Shown: one piece after another, positions 1-7,796 of the stretch | Layout: the number at the start of each line of letters is the position of its first letter | Position numbering within the stretch: the stretch's first letter is position 1 | NCBI GenBank assembly: GCA_035305585.1 | Contig: DATGOV010000038.1 | Location: 3,744-67,743, forward strand | Origin: Acidimicrobiia bacterium | GTDB lineage: Bacteria > Actinomycetota > Acidimicrobiia > Spongiisociales > ZC4RG35 | DNA length: 64,000 bases | Reading direction: 5' to 3' | Made by a program: the position numbers and the translations under genes | The notes under the pieces: model-generated | What the model saw: only the letters and a program-made list of their open reading frames with translations | What the model was told of the DNA's origin: nothing | Database searches by the model: none

Positions 1-588
1 GAGCACTCCGTTTTCGGGCTTCCGTTTCCCGATTGGGGAGAACGGTTCCGGCGGCTCGAGGAAGCCGTCGACTATGTGAGGGCGGCGTTGGCGCCGGGCC
101 ACGCCCGATACGAGGGCGAGTTCTACCGGTTGGACGCCGAGGTGAGGCCCACGCCGAACGATGTCAGGATCATCCTCGGGGGAAGCGGTGGGCGACGCAC
201 GCCACGCCTCGCCGGCGAGAAGGCCGACGAGTACAACGCCCTGATCGCTTCCGCCGACGAGATCCGCTCCCGGGTGGAGGTGATGAGGGAGGCCGCGGGT
301 GACCGTCGGGTGGTGGCAACGGCGATGGGAACCGCCGTTGTGGGACGGACCGACGCCGAGTACTCCGAGAGGCTGGCGGCCGAGGCAGCCGCTCGCGGAA
401 TCTCACCCGAGGAGCTCGAGTCGCGCCTCGTGGCGAGGGGAATTCCCGTCGGGGGGCCGTCGAGAGCAGCCGAGACGCTCGCCTCCTTGGCCGAAGCGGG
501 CGTCGAACGCTACTACGTGCAGTGGTTCGACGCCGCCGACCTCGAGGGGTTCGCCCGCACGATCGAAGCACTCCGGGCTACAGGCTGA
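1..588 (+). CDS. LLM-class (luciferase-like) flavin/F420-dependent oxidoreductase, 5'-truncated by window edge
   Basis: Frame 1 is open from base 1 (EHSVFGLPFPDWGERFRRLEEAVDYVRAAL...YEGEFYRL...IILGGSG...TPRLAGEKADEYN), typical of LLM C-terminal halves. Confidence 0.8.
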   Translation, partial: EHSVFGLPFPDWGERFRRLEEAVDYVRAALAPGHARYEGEFYRLDAEVRPTPNDVRIILGGSGGRRTPRLAGEKADEYNALIASADEIRSRVEVMREAAGDRRVVATAMGTAVVGRTDAEYSERLAAEAAARGISPEELESRLVARGIPVGGPSRAAETLASLAEAGVERYYVQWFDAADLEGFARTIEALRATG

Positions 589-1072
589 GGCGGCCGAAGA
601 AGCAGACCGGCGGACAACCCGGGCCGTTGGGCTGATGGCGCTCGAAGGGGACCTCCTCACCGTCGGTGACGGCCAGCACCTCCCCGGTGGCGACGTCGGT
701 GATCGAGAACGAAACGGTCTCGACCGAATCGAACTCGGCGAAACCGACCATCAACTGGATGATGTCGGCTTCGCGGTCGACGATCATGGACCCCCCTTCC
801 AGCGTGCCGGGGTCGGCTCCCGGCGTGATCTCGCCGGTGTGACCAGGTCCTGCCTCGACTTCCACGCAGTCCGAGCCGATGCACAACTCCACCAGATAGG
901 CCGCGTCCGCGACCAGGTCGACGGTCGCGAGATCGACTTGCAGACCGCTGTTGCATCCGATCTCCGTGCACGCCACGGGTGGTGTGGTCGCCGGCGTCGG
1001 ATCGGAGGTCGTGCCACCTCCCGCGCACGCCGCCACCAGTCCGAGGATGGCTGTGACCAAGACGACTCTCAT
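578..1072 (-). CDS. Hypothetical lipoprotein
   Basis: MRVVLVTAILGLVAAC signal/lipobox, Thr/Pro linker, CTEIGC and PNGPGCPPVC Cys pairs; start could alternatively be ATG 1114. Confidence 0.7.
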   Translation of the reverse strand: MRVVLVTAILGLVAACAGGGTTSDPTPATTPPVACTEIGCNSGLQVDLATVDLVADAAYLVELCIGSDCVEVEAGPGHTGEITPGADPGTLEGGSMIVDREADIIQLMVGFAEFDSVETVSFSITDVATGEVLAVTDGEEVPFERHQPNGPGCPPVCFFGRLSL

Positions 1073-1110
1073 AGCCCTCCGACGCCCGAGGCGGCGGCGC
1101 GGTTCCATCC

Positions 1111-1587
1111 TCATTCCTCGCTCAGGTCCGCCCACCTGGGCCGGGAGATCCGTTCGAGATCGGCGAGGGAGATCGGGAACACGGTCGTGGGAGTCCCCGC
1201 CGCCGCCCACACGGGGTCGTGTCGTCGCAGGGCATGGTCAGCGAACACCCGCAGAGTCCGGGCGTGGCCGAATGGCGGGGTACCGCCGGCTGCGAATCCG
1301 GTGGCTTCCCGCACCTCCTCGAGGCTGGCGCGGCGCACGTGATTCCCTCCGGCCGTCTGGGCGAGACGATCGGTGTCCAGGCGACGGTCCCCGGGGACCA
1401 GGGCCACGACCGGCTCTTCGTCGACGACGAACACGAGGGACTTGACGATGGCGGCGACTTCGCAGCCGATGGCGGCGGCGGCATCCGCCGCGGTCTTGGT
1501 ACCTTCCGGGAATTCGGTGACGTCGATCCGCAGCCCCGCCTCGGCCGCCGCCGCCGCCACCTTCTGTGATGCTCTGGGCAGATCCAT
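1111..1587 (-). CDS. YbaK/EbsC family aminoacyl-tRNA deacylase
   Basis: C-terminal part of ORF 1111..2331: TKTAADAAAAIGCEVAAIVKSLVF, TGFAAGGTPPFGH, WAAAGTP motifs; TAGCCT -10 8 nt before ATG. Confidence 0.9.
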   Translation of the reverse strand: MDLPRASQKVAAAAAEAGLRIDVTEFPEGTKTAADAAAAIGCEVAAIVKSLVFVVDEEPVVALVPGDRRLDTDRLAQTAGGNHVRRASLEEVREATGFAAGGTPPFGHARTLRVFADHALRRHDPVWAAAGTPTTVFPISLADLERISRPRWADLSEE

Positions 1588-1687
1588 GCCGCCAGAGGCT
1601 AGGCGATGCGACCCTCCACTCCTCACTGGGAATAGACCACCCTGCGCAACCGTTGTAATGGGTGCATGGAGGTATGCGGCATTCAGA

Positions 1688-1708
1688 TATGAGTGCCATC
1701 GACTCAAG
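1688..1708 (+). promoter_or_regulatory. HspR operator (HAIR-like inverted repeat)
   Basis: TATGAGT-gccatcg-ACTCAAG versus consensus CTTGAGT-N7-ACTCAAG, 45 bp upstream of hsp20. Confidence 0.7.
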
Positions 1709-1752
1709 TACGAGTCAGAGACGAGTACGAGCGAGAGAAAGGAGGGATGTAG

Positions 1753-2259
1753 ATGCTGACACGTCGGTTGTTCGACCTGCGCCCGTGGCCGATCTTCGAT
1801 GACCTGTTCGATTGGGGTTTCACCCCCCTGCTGAGGCGACTCGAGACGATGACGCCCGAGTCGTTCACGACGGTCATGCCTGAAGCCAGGGTGCACACCG
1901 ACAACGGCACCTACCGGTTCGAGGTCGTCGCTCCTGGTCTCGACGCAGACGAGGATCTGACGGTCGAGGTCGACGGTACGGTGCTGACGGTGGAAGGCGG
2001 CCGTGAGGAGAGCCGTGACGGTCGGGTGACGTCCTCTCGGTTCCGCCGGCGCTGGGACCTCGGGTACGAGCTCGATCCCGCCACCGTCACCGCCACCTAC
2101 GAGGCTGGCGTGCTGACGGTGGAGGTGCCTCGCCCCGACGCCGCGGAGACCGAGGCTCACCGGATCCCGATCACCACGGCCGAGCCCAAAAGCCTCGCGG
2201 CTCCTGAAGAGGCTGAGGCTGCCGAGGCTGCGCAGGAGAAAGAAGTAGCCACGGCTTGA
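1753..2259 (+). CDS. Hsp20/alpha-crystallin small heat-shock protein
   Basis: YRFEVVAPGL..EDLTVEVDGTVLTVEG, FRRRWDL, ATYEAGVLTVEVP; strong RBS AAGGAGG. Confidence 0.92.
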   Translation: MLTRRLFDLRPWPIFDDLFDWGFTPLLRRLETMTPESFTTVMPEARVHTDNGTYRFEVVAPGLDADEDLTVEVDGTVLTVEGGREESRDGRVTSSRFRRRWDLGYELDPATVTATYEAGVLTVEVPRPDAAETEAHRIPITTAEPKSLAAPEEAEAAEAAQEKEVATA

Positions 2260-2269
2260 TCTGCCGGAA

Positions 2270-2352
2270 CCCGGCGCTCCAGGCGCCGGTCCCCGGAAAG
2301 GCCCGCGGAGCGGGCCTTCTATCTTGTTCAAGGCCCGCGGAGCGGGCCTTTT
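2270..2352 (+). terminator. Hairpin cluster after hsp20 with two identical 21-nt terminator hairpins
   Basis: AAGGCCCGC-GGA-GCGGGCCTT at 2298-2318 and 2330-2350, the second followed by TT; a further CCGGCGC/GCGCCGG hairpin just upstream. Confidence 0.75.
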
Positions 2353-2414
2353 CTCGTGCCTGTCGGGTCGGTGACGGTTTCTGATCGGAGCCCGGCCCCC
2401 GTACCATGGACTCC

Positions 2415-3167
2415 GTGAGTACTCCGCTGCTTCAGATCGAGAATCTCCACGCCGAAGCCGACGGCACCCCGATCCTCAAGGGCGTCGACTTGGCGGTGGA
2501 GAAGGGCGAGATCGTCGCGCTGATGGGCCCCAACGGCTCGGGCAAGTCGACACTCGCCAACGTGTTGATGGGTCACCCCTCCTACGAGGTGACCGACGGA
2601 CGGATCCTCTACAACGGTGAAGACATCACCGAGGCCGAGCCGACGGCCCGGGCGCAGATGGGGATGTTCCTGGCGTTCCAGTATCCCGAGGAGATCCCCG
2701 GCGTCTCGGTGGTCCAGTTCCTGCGCCAAGCCCTCTCCAACCGCACCGGCGTCGACTACACGGTGCTGGAACTGAGGTTGAAGGTCATGGAGGCGATGCG
2801 GGAGCTCGGCATGGAGTCGTCCTTCGCCGACCGGTACCTCAACGAGGGGTTCTCCGGGGGAGAGCGGAAGCGCAACGAGGTCCTGCAAATGGCGGTCCTC
2901 GAGCCGGAGATGGTGATCATGGACGAGACCGACTCGGGTCTCGACATCGATGCGCTCCGAATCGTCGCCGAAGGGGTCAACAAGCTGACGACCCCCGACC
3001 GAGGCTTCCTCGTCATCACCCATTACCAGCGGCTTCTCGACTACATCACGCCGGACACCGTGCACGTCTTCATGGAGGGCCGGATCGTCTCCACTGGAGG
3101 CGTGGAGCTCGCCCAGCAGCTCGAAGAGGAGGGTTACGACGCCTTCCGCCGGGCCGCGACGGCATGA
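2415..3167 (+). CDS. sufC: Fe-S cluster assembly ATPase SufC (copy 1)
   Basis: GPNGSGKST, LAFQYPEEIPGV, FSGGERKRNE, MDETDSGLDIDAL, ITHYQRLL; GTG 2415 lies 7 nt after a TACCAT -10 (the ORF-track ATG 2406 overlaps that -10). Confidence 0.95.
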   Translation: MSTPLLQIENLHAEADGTPILKGVDLAVEKGEIVALMGPNGSGKSTLANVLMGHPSYEVTDGRILYNGEDITEAEPTARAQMGMFLAFQYPEEIPGVSVVQFLRQALSNRTGVDYTVLELRLKVMEAMRELGMESSFADRYLNEGFSGGERKRNEVLQMAVLEPEMVIMDETDSGLDIDALRIVAEGVNKLTTPDRGFLVITHYQRLLDYITPDTVHVFMEGRIVSTGGVELAQQLEEEGYDAFRRAATA

Positions 3168-3199
3168 TTGAATGAGATAGCCGAAACCAGGTAGGCCGC

Positions 3200-4423
3200 A
3201 TGCCCCTCCTCGACACCTCCGCCATCCGGGCCGATTTCCCGGTGTTCGAGGATCGGAGCCTGCACTTTTTGGACTCGGCCGCCAGCTCCCAGAAGCCCCG
3301 CCAGGTGATCGAGACGATGGCCGAGTTCGCCGCCCACGGCTACGCCAACGTCAACCGGGGGGCCTATCGCCTGTCGGTGTCGGCCACCGAACGCTTCGAG
3401 GCCGCCCGCGACCGGGTGGCCGCCTTCTTGGGGGCGCATTCGAGGGATGAGATCGTCTTCGTGCGCGGCGCCACCACCGGGATCAACCTGCTCGCCCACG
3501 GCTGGGGCTCGCTGCGGCTCCGCCCCGACGACCGCATCGTCCTCACCGAGATGGAGCATCACGCCAATCTGGTGCCCTGGCAGATGCTGGCCCGCCGAAC
3601 CGGAGCCCGCCTCGAGTTCATCCCCCTGGGCGACGACTACCGACTCGACCTGAGCCACCTCGACCGCCTCATCGACCCCGACACGAAGATCGTGGCGGTC
3701 ACCGGGATGTCCAACGTCCTTGGAACGGTTCCCCAGCTCGACACGATCCTCGCCGCGGCTCGCTCTGTCGGAGCGTTCTCGATCGTCGACGGGGCCCAAT
3801 TGGTACCGCATCAGCCGGTCGACGTCTCCCGGCTCGGCGCCGATGCGCTCGTGTTCTCCGCGCACAAGATGTGCGGCCCGACCGGTATCGGCGTCCTGTG
3901 GGCGCGGCCGGAGCGCCTCGAGGAGTTGGATCCGATCGAATACGGCGGCGACATGATCAGCACCGTCACTCTCCGCACCGCCACGTGGGCACCGATCCCC
4001 CACAGATTCGAAGCAGGCACTCCCCCGATCATCGAAGCGATCGGCCTCGAGGCGGCCATCGACTACGTGGAGAAGATCGGGCGGGAGGCGATCGCCGACC
4101 ACGACGCCGAGCTCACCCGCTATGCACTCGACGCTCTCGCCGGTGTCCCGGAGCTGCGGATCCACGGCCCCGCCGACACCGAGTCCCGGGGCGGGGTGAT
4201 CAGCTTCACGATGGCCGACATCCATCCGCACGACCTGGCGACGATCCTCGACCAACACGGCGTCGCGGTGCGGGCGGGCCACCACTGCGCCAAGCCTCTG
4301 ATGGAGATCATGTCGGTGCCGGCCACCGCCCGGGCCTCCTTCTACCTCTACAACACGAAAGAGGACATAGATGCGCTCGTCGAGGCGTTGAGAGACGCAG
4401 GCGAGTTGTTCGGAGTGATCTGA
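3200..4423 (+). CDS. sufS: Cysteine desulfurase SufS
   Basis: LDSAASSQKP, EMEHHANLVPW, FSAHKM (PLP Lys), FEAGTP, RAGHHCAKPL catalytic Cys, RASFYLYNT. Confidence 0.95.
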   Translation: MPLLDTSAIRADFPVFEDRSLHFLDSAASSQKPRQVIETMAEFAAHGYANVNRGAYRLSVSATERFEAARDRVAAFLGAHSRDEIVFVRGATTGINLLAHGWGSLRLRPDDRIVLTEMEHHANLVPWQMLARRTGARLEFIPLGDDYRLDLSHLDRLIDPDTKIVAVTGMSNVLGTVPQLDTILAAARSVGAFSIVDGAQLVPHQPVDVSRLGADALVFSAHKMCGPTGIGVLWARPERLEELDPIEYGGDMISTVTLRTATWAPIPHRFEAGTPPIIEAIGLEAAIDYVEKIGREAIADHDAELTRYALDALAGVPELRIHGPADTESRGGVISFTMADIHPHDLATILDQHGVAVRAGHHCAKPLMEIMSVPATARASFYLYNTKEDIDALVEALRDAGELFGVI

Positions 4424-4872
4424 TGGCATTGGAAGAGCTCTACCGGGACGTGATCCTCGACCACTACCGCAACCCTCGGCATCGGCGGCCTCTGGATGCG
4501 CCCGACCGTCGCGCCGAGGGGGTCAATCCGCTGTGTGGTGACGAGGTGACGGTCGAGCTGAAGCTCGACGGGGACACGGTGAGCGATGTCGCCGTCCACG
4601 GACAGGGATGCTCGATCAGCCAGTCCTCGGCGTCGATGATGTCGGAGGCCATCAAGGGAAAGACACGGGCCGAGATCGCCGCTCTCGCCGAGAGATTCCA
4701 CGCCATGATGACCGCCGAGGACGAGAGCGCCGCCGGGCTCGACCCTGCTCGGCCCGGAGCCGTGCTCGGCGACCTCGAGGCACTGCAGGGGGTGCGCCGT
4801 TACCCGGTTCGCATCAAGTGCGCGGCGCTGGCGTGGACCACTCTCGAAGAGGCGCTGGGTCCCGCCTCCTGA
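4423..4872 (+). CDS. sufU: SUF system NifU/IscU-family protein SufU
   Basis: C-terminal part of ORF 3871..4872: LEELYRDVILDHYRNPR, NPLCGD, GCSISQSSASMM, PVRIKCAALAW; TGATG overlap with sufS. Confidence 0.93.
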   Translation: MALEELYRDVILDHYRNPRHRRPLDAPDRRAEGVNPLCGDEVTVELKLDGDTVSDVAVHGQGCSISQSSASMMSEAIKGKTRAEIAALAERFHAMMTAEDESAAGLDPARPGAVLGDLEALQGVRRYPVRIKCAALAWTTLEEALGPAS

Positions 4873-4873
4873 C

Positions 4874-5068
4874 TCACTCCTCGAAGTCCTCCAGCACCTC
4901 CTCCAGGCGTTCGCTCACCGCTTCGAGCCGCTCCCGGCAGAAGGCGAGCAACTCGGCGGCGCGTTGCACGTCTTCCAGGACCCGGTCGATGTCGACCTCG
5001 TCGCTTCGCAACCGCCGATGGATCTCTCTCAGCTCTTCGAGGGCTTCCCGGTAGCTGGGCTCAGGCAT
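4874..5068 (-). CDS. xseB: Exodeoxyribonuclease VII small subunit
   Basis: SYREALEELREI..L....DID...V.RAAELL..C; downstream of xseA. Confidence 0.85.
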   Translation of the reverse strand: MPEPSYREALEELREIHRRLRSDEVDIDRVLEDVQRAAELLAFCRERLEAVSERLEEVLEDFEE

Positions 5069-6305
5069 CTCCGGTGACCTCCACTCTCACACTTCCGTCC
5101 GCGAAGCGGATTCGCAGCTCTCGGCCCGGCGTCGCCTCGGTCGCCGAGCGGACCACCCCGCCGTCGGCCCCGGTCACGATGGCAAATCCACGCCGGAGCG
5201 TCGACTCCACCCCGAGAACCGCGAGCATCTCCTCCATCCCGTCCAGGATCCGGTGGTGCTGGCTGACGACACGTCTCGCATCGGAGGCGATCGACATCCG
5301 CAGATCCGAGAGCATCTCCGCCTGACGAGCGAGGCTCGCCCGTGCGGTGCCGAGAACCGCCGCAGAGTGGTCGAGCTGCCGATGCGCTCGGGTGCACACC
5401 GCCCGTGCCTCCTCTCGGATCAGCCGTCGGGCGGTGTCGATGCGCGTGGCGTAGTCGCCCACGCGGGAGACGAGCCATTCGGCGGCGGCAGTCGGGGTCT
5501 TGACAGACACGGCCGCCGCCTCGTCGACGACGCACCGGTCGGTCTCATGACCGATGCCGACCACCACGGGCACCGGCATATCGGCCACTGCCCGCGCCAC
5601 CTCCTCGGAGTCGAAGGGAAGCAGATCCAGCCGAGACCCTCCACCCCGAACCACCACAGCCACATCGAGCTCCTCCGAGGCGAGGCGCCGCAGCGCCCGC
5701 GCCACCGACCTGGCCGCCGTGTCTCCCTGGGTGGCGGCGTGGACGGTCCGGACACGAAATCGGAACCCGGAGCGACGGAGGTGATCGATGAAGTCGGCAT
5801 GAGCCGCCGATCCGCGGCTCGTGACCAGGCCGATCCGAAGCGGCACCAGCGGGAGGAGGTGGTGGCGGTTGGCGTGCAGCAAGCCATCGGCGGCGAGTCG
5901 GGCGAGGACCTGCTGGCGGTCGAGCTCGAGCCGTCCGGCGATGAACTCGGGGTCCACGCCGAGGAGAGTCAGCCGGACGAGGGAGCGCGTCGTGTCGACG
6001 CCCACGACTGCTCGCACCCGCACCTCGATGCCATCGCGCATCGCTCCCACTCCCGCGGCGTCGAGGGCCCGGTCGATGTCGAACATGACTCTTCCGCGCG
6101 CCGACACCTCGACGACCTCTCCCCCTTTCGGGTCGACGAGCCGGAAGAACACTGCGCCCCGGGAGGTGCGGCGCAGCCCCGACACTTCGCCTCGCACCCA
6201 AAGCGGGCCCGGAAACGCCCCGGTCACAGCCGTGGCCACCCGAGCTTGGAGCTCGGCGACCGTCAGAGTCGATTCGGCCGGTGACCGGGGCACCGCCCGG
6301 TTCAC
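5061..6305 (-). CDS. xseA: Exodeoxyribonuclease VII large subunit
   Basis: LWVRGEVSG OB fold, IGLVTS..SAA..DF, VRGGGS, PVVVGIGHETD, KTPTAAA, LRRGFAIV. Confidence 0.92.
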   Translation of the reverse strand: MNRAVPRSPAESTLTVAELQARVATAVTGAFPGPLWVRGEVSGLRRTSRGAVFFRLVDPKGGEVVEVSARGRVMFDIDRALDAAGVGAMRDGIEVRVRAVVGVDTTRSLVRLTLLGVDPEFIAGRLELDRQQVLARLAADGLLHANRHHLLPLVPLRIGLVTSRGSAAHADFIDHLRRSGFRFRVRTVHAATQGDTAARSVARALRRLASEELDVAVVVRGGGSRLDLLPFDSEEVARAVADMPVPVVVGIGHETDRCVVDEAAAVSVKTPTAAAEWLVSRVGDYATRIDTARRLIREEARAVCTRAHRQLDHSAAVLGTARASLARQAEMLSDLRMSIASDARRVVSQHHRILDGMEEMLAVLGVESTLRRGFAIVTGADGGVVRSATEATPGRELRIRFADGSVRVEVTGDA

Positions 6306-7693
6306 ATCACGCCGCCCTGCGTCATCCGCTTGATGTCGAGGGCCGCGTCGAGGTCCTCTTCGGTCATGAGGCCCTGCTCCAGCACCAGCTCGCGAACGGA
6401 CCGCCCCGTGGTCACCGCCTCCTTGGCGATGCGGGCGCCGGCGTCGTAGCCGATGTAGGGGTTGAGGGCAGTGACGATGATGGCGTTCTTCTCCACGAGC
6501 TCGCGGGCCCGCTCCACGTTCGCCTCGAGCCCCTCCACACAGCGACGGCGGAAGGTGTCGACGCCGTTGGCGAGGATCTCGATCGACTGGAGCAGTGCAT
6601 GAGCCATCACCGGCATCATCACGTTCAGCTCGAAGTTCCCGTTGGCGCCCGACCAGGTGATCGTCGTGTCGTTCCCGACGACCTGTGCCGCCACCTGCAT
6701 CAGCATCTCCGACATCACCGGGTTCACCTTGCCGGGCATGATCGACGAGCCCGGCTGGAGATCGGGGATCCGGAGCTCGGCGATCCCGGAGGTAGGCCCC
6801 GAGCCGAGGAAGCGGATGTCGTTGGCGATCTTGAACAGCGACACGGCCACCGTCTTCAGAGCCCCGGAGGCCATCACGACGGCATCCTTGGCGGCCTGGG
6901 CCTCGAAGTGGTCGTCGGCCTCCCGGAACGGGTAGCCGGTGCGTTCCGCCATCAGGGCGATAGCGGAGGCGGCGAAGCCCTCCGGGGCGTTGAGGCCGGT
7001 TCCGACCGCGGTGCCGCCGAGTGCCAGCTCCTCGAGGCCCGGCAAGACCGACTGGATCCGTTCGACACCTTTCCTGACCTGGGTGGCGAAGCCGCCGAAC
7101 TCCTGGCCGAGGGTCACCGGGGTGGCGTCCATCAGATGGGTCCGACCCGACTTGACGACGTCGGCGAATTCCTCGGCCTTCGACGCCAGCGCCGACTCCA
7201 GCGCCTCGAGGGCAGGAATCAGGTCCTCGCGGAGCGCGGCGACGGCGGCGACGTGGATGACGCTCGGGATCACGTCGTTGGAGGACTGGCCGAAGTTGAC
7301 GTGGTCGTTGGGATGGACCAGCTTCGATCCCGGTTCCCCTCCGAGCGCGATCGTCGCCCGGTTGGCGATCACCTCATTGGCGTTGGTGTTGGTCGACGTG
7401 CCCGACCCGGTTTGGAAGATGTCCAGAACGAAATGCTCATCGAGATCACCGGACATGACCTCGTCGGCGGCTGCCCGCACGGCCTCGGCGATCTTCTCGT
7501 CGATGTGCCCACCCTGGGCGGCGGCCGTCGCCGCCGACCCCTTGAGCAGGCCCAACGCCCAGATGAAGCGACGGGAGAAGCGGATCCCGGAAATGGGGAA
7601 GTTGTCTTTGGCTCGCTGGGTGGAGGCCCCGTAGAGAGCGTCGGCGGGTACCTGCACCTCGCCCATCGAATCCTTCTCGATACGGTACGTCAC
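6302..7693 (-). CDS. fumC: Class II fumarate hydratase
   Basis: YRIEKDSMGEV, QTGSGTSTNTNANEV, GRTHLMDATP, GSSIMPGKVNP signature; GTG start at 7693. Confidence 0.93.
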   Translation of the reverse strand: MTYRIEKDSMGEVQVPADALYGASTQRAKDNFPISGIRFSRRFIWALGLLKGSAATAAAQGGHIDEKIAEAVRAAADEVMSGDLDEHFVLDIFQTGSGTSTNTNANEVIANRATIALGGEPGSKLVHPNDHVNFGQSSNDVIPSVIHVAAVAALREDLIPALEALESALASKAEEFADVVKSGRTHLMDATPVTLGQEFGGFATQVRKGVERIQSVLPGLEELALGGTAVGTGLNAPEGFAASAIALMAERTGYPFREADDHFEAQAAKDAVVMASGALKTVAVSLFKIANDIRFLGSGPTSGIAELRIPDLQPGSSIMPGKVNPVMSEMLMQVAAQVVGNDTTITWSGANGNFELNVMMPVMAHALLQSIEILANGVDTFRRRCVEGLEANVERARELVEKNAIIVTALNPYIGYDAGARIAKEAVTTGRSVRELVLEQGLMTEEDLDAALDIKRMTQGGVM

Positions 7694-7796
7694 TCTGGTC
7701 TCCTTTCCGCCTGGACGGTAGCCACCCTGAAAGGTTGCCCTGTAAAGAGGTGCCGTCAGCCAGCCAGCGTCACGATTCTGTCGGTACGCTCTCTCC

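Noticed and set aside
2353-2414. Third copy of the suf palindrome upstream of sufC1-sufS-sufU (also checked nfu at 41632)
   Set aside because: No CACYATC-N2-GATRGTG match in either region
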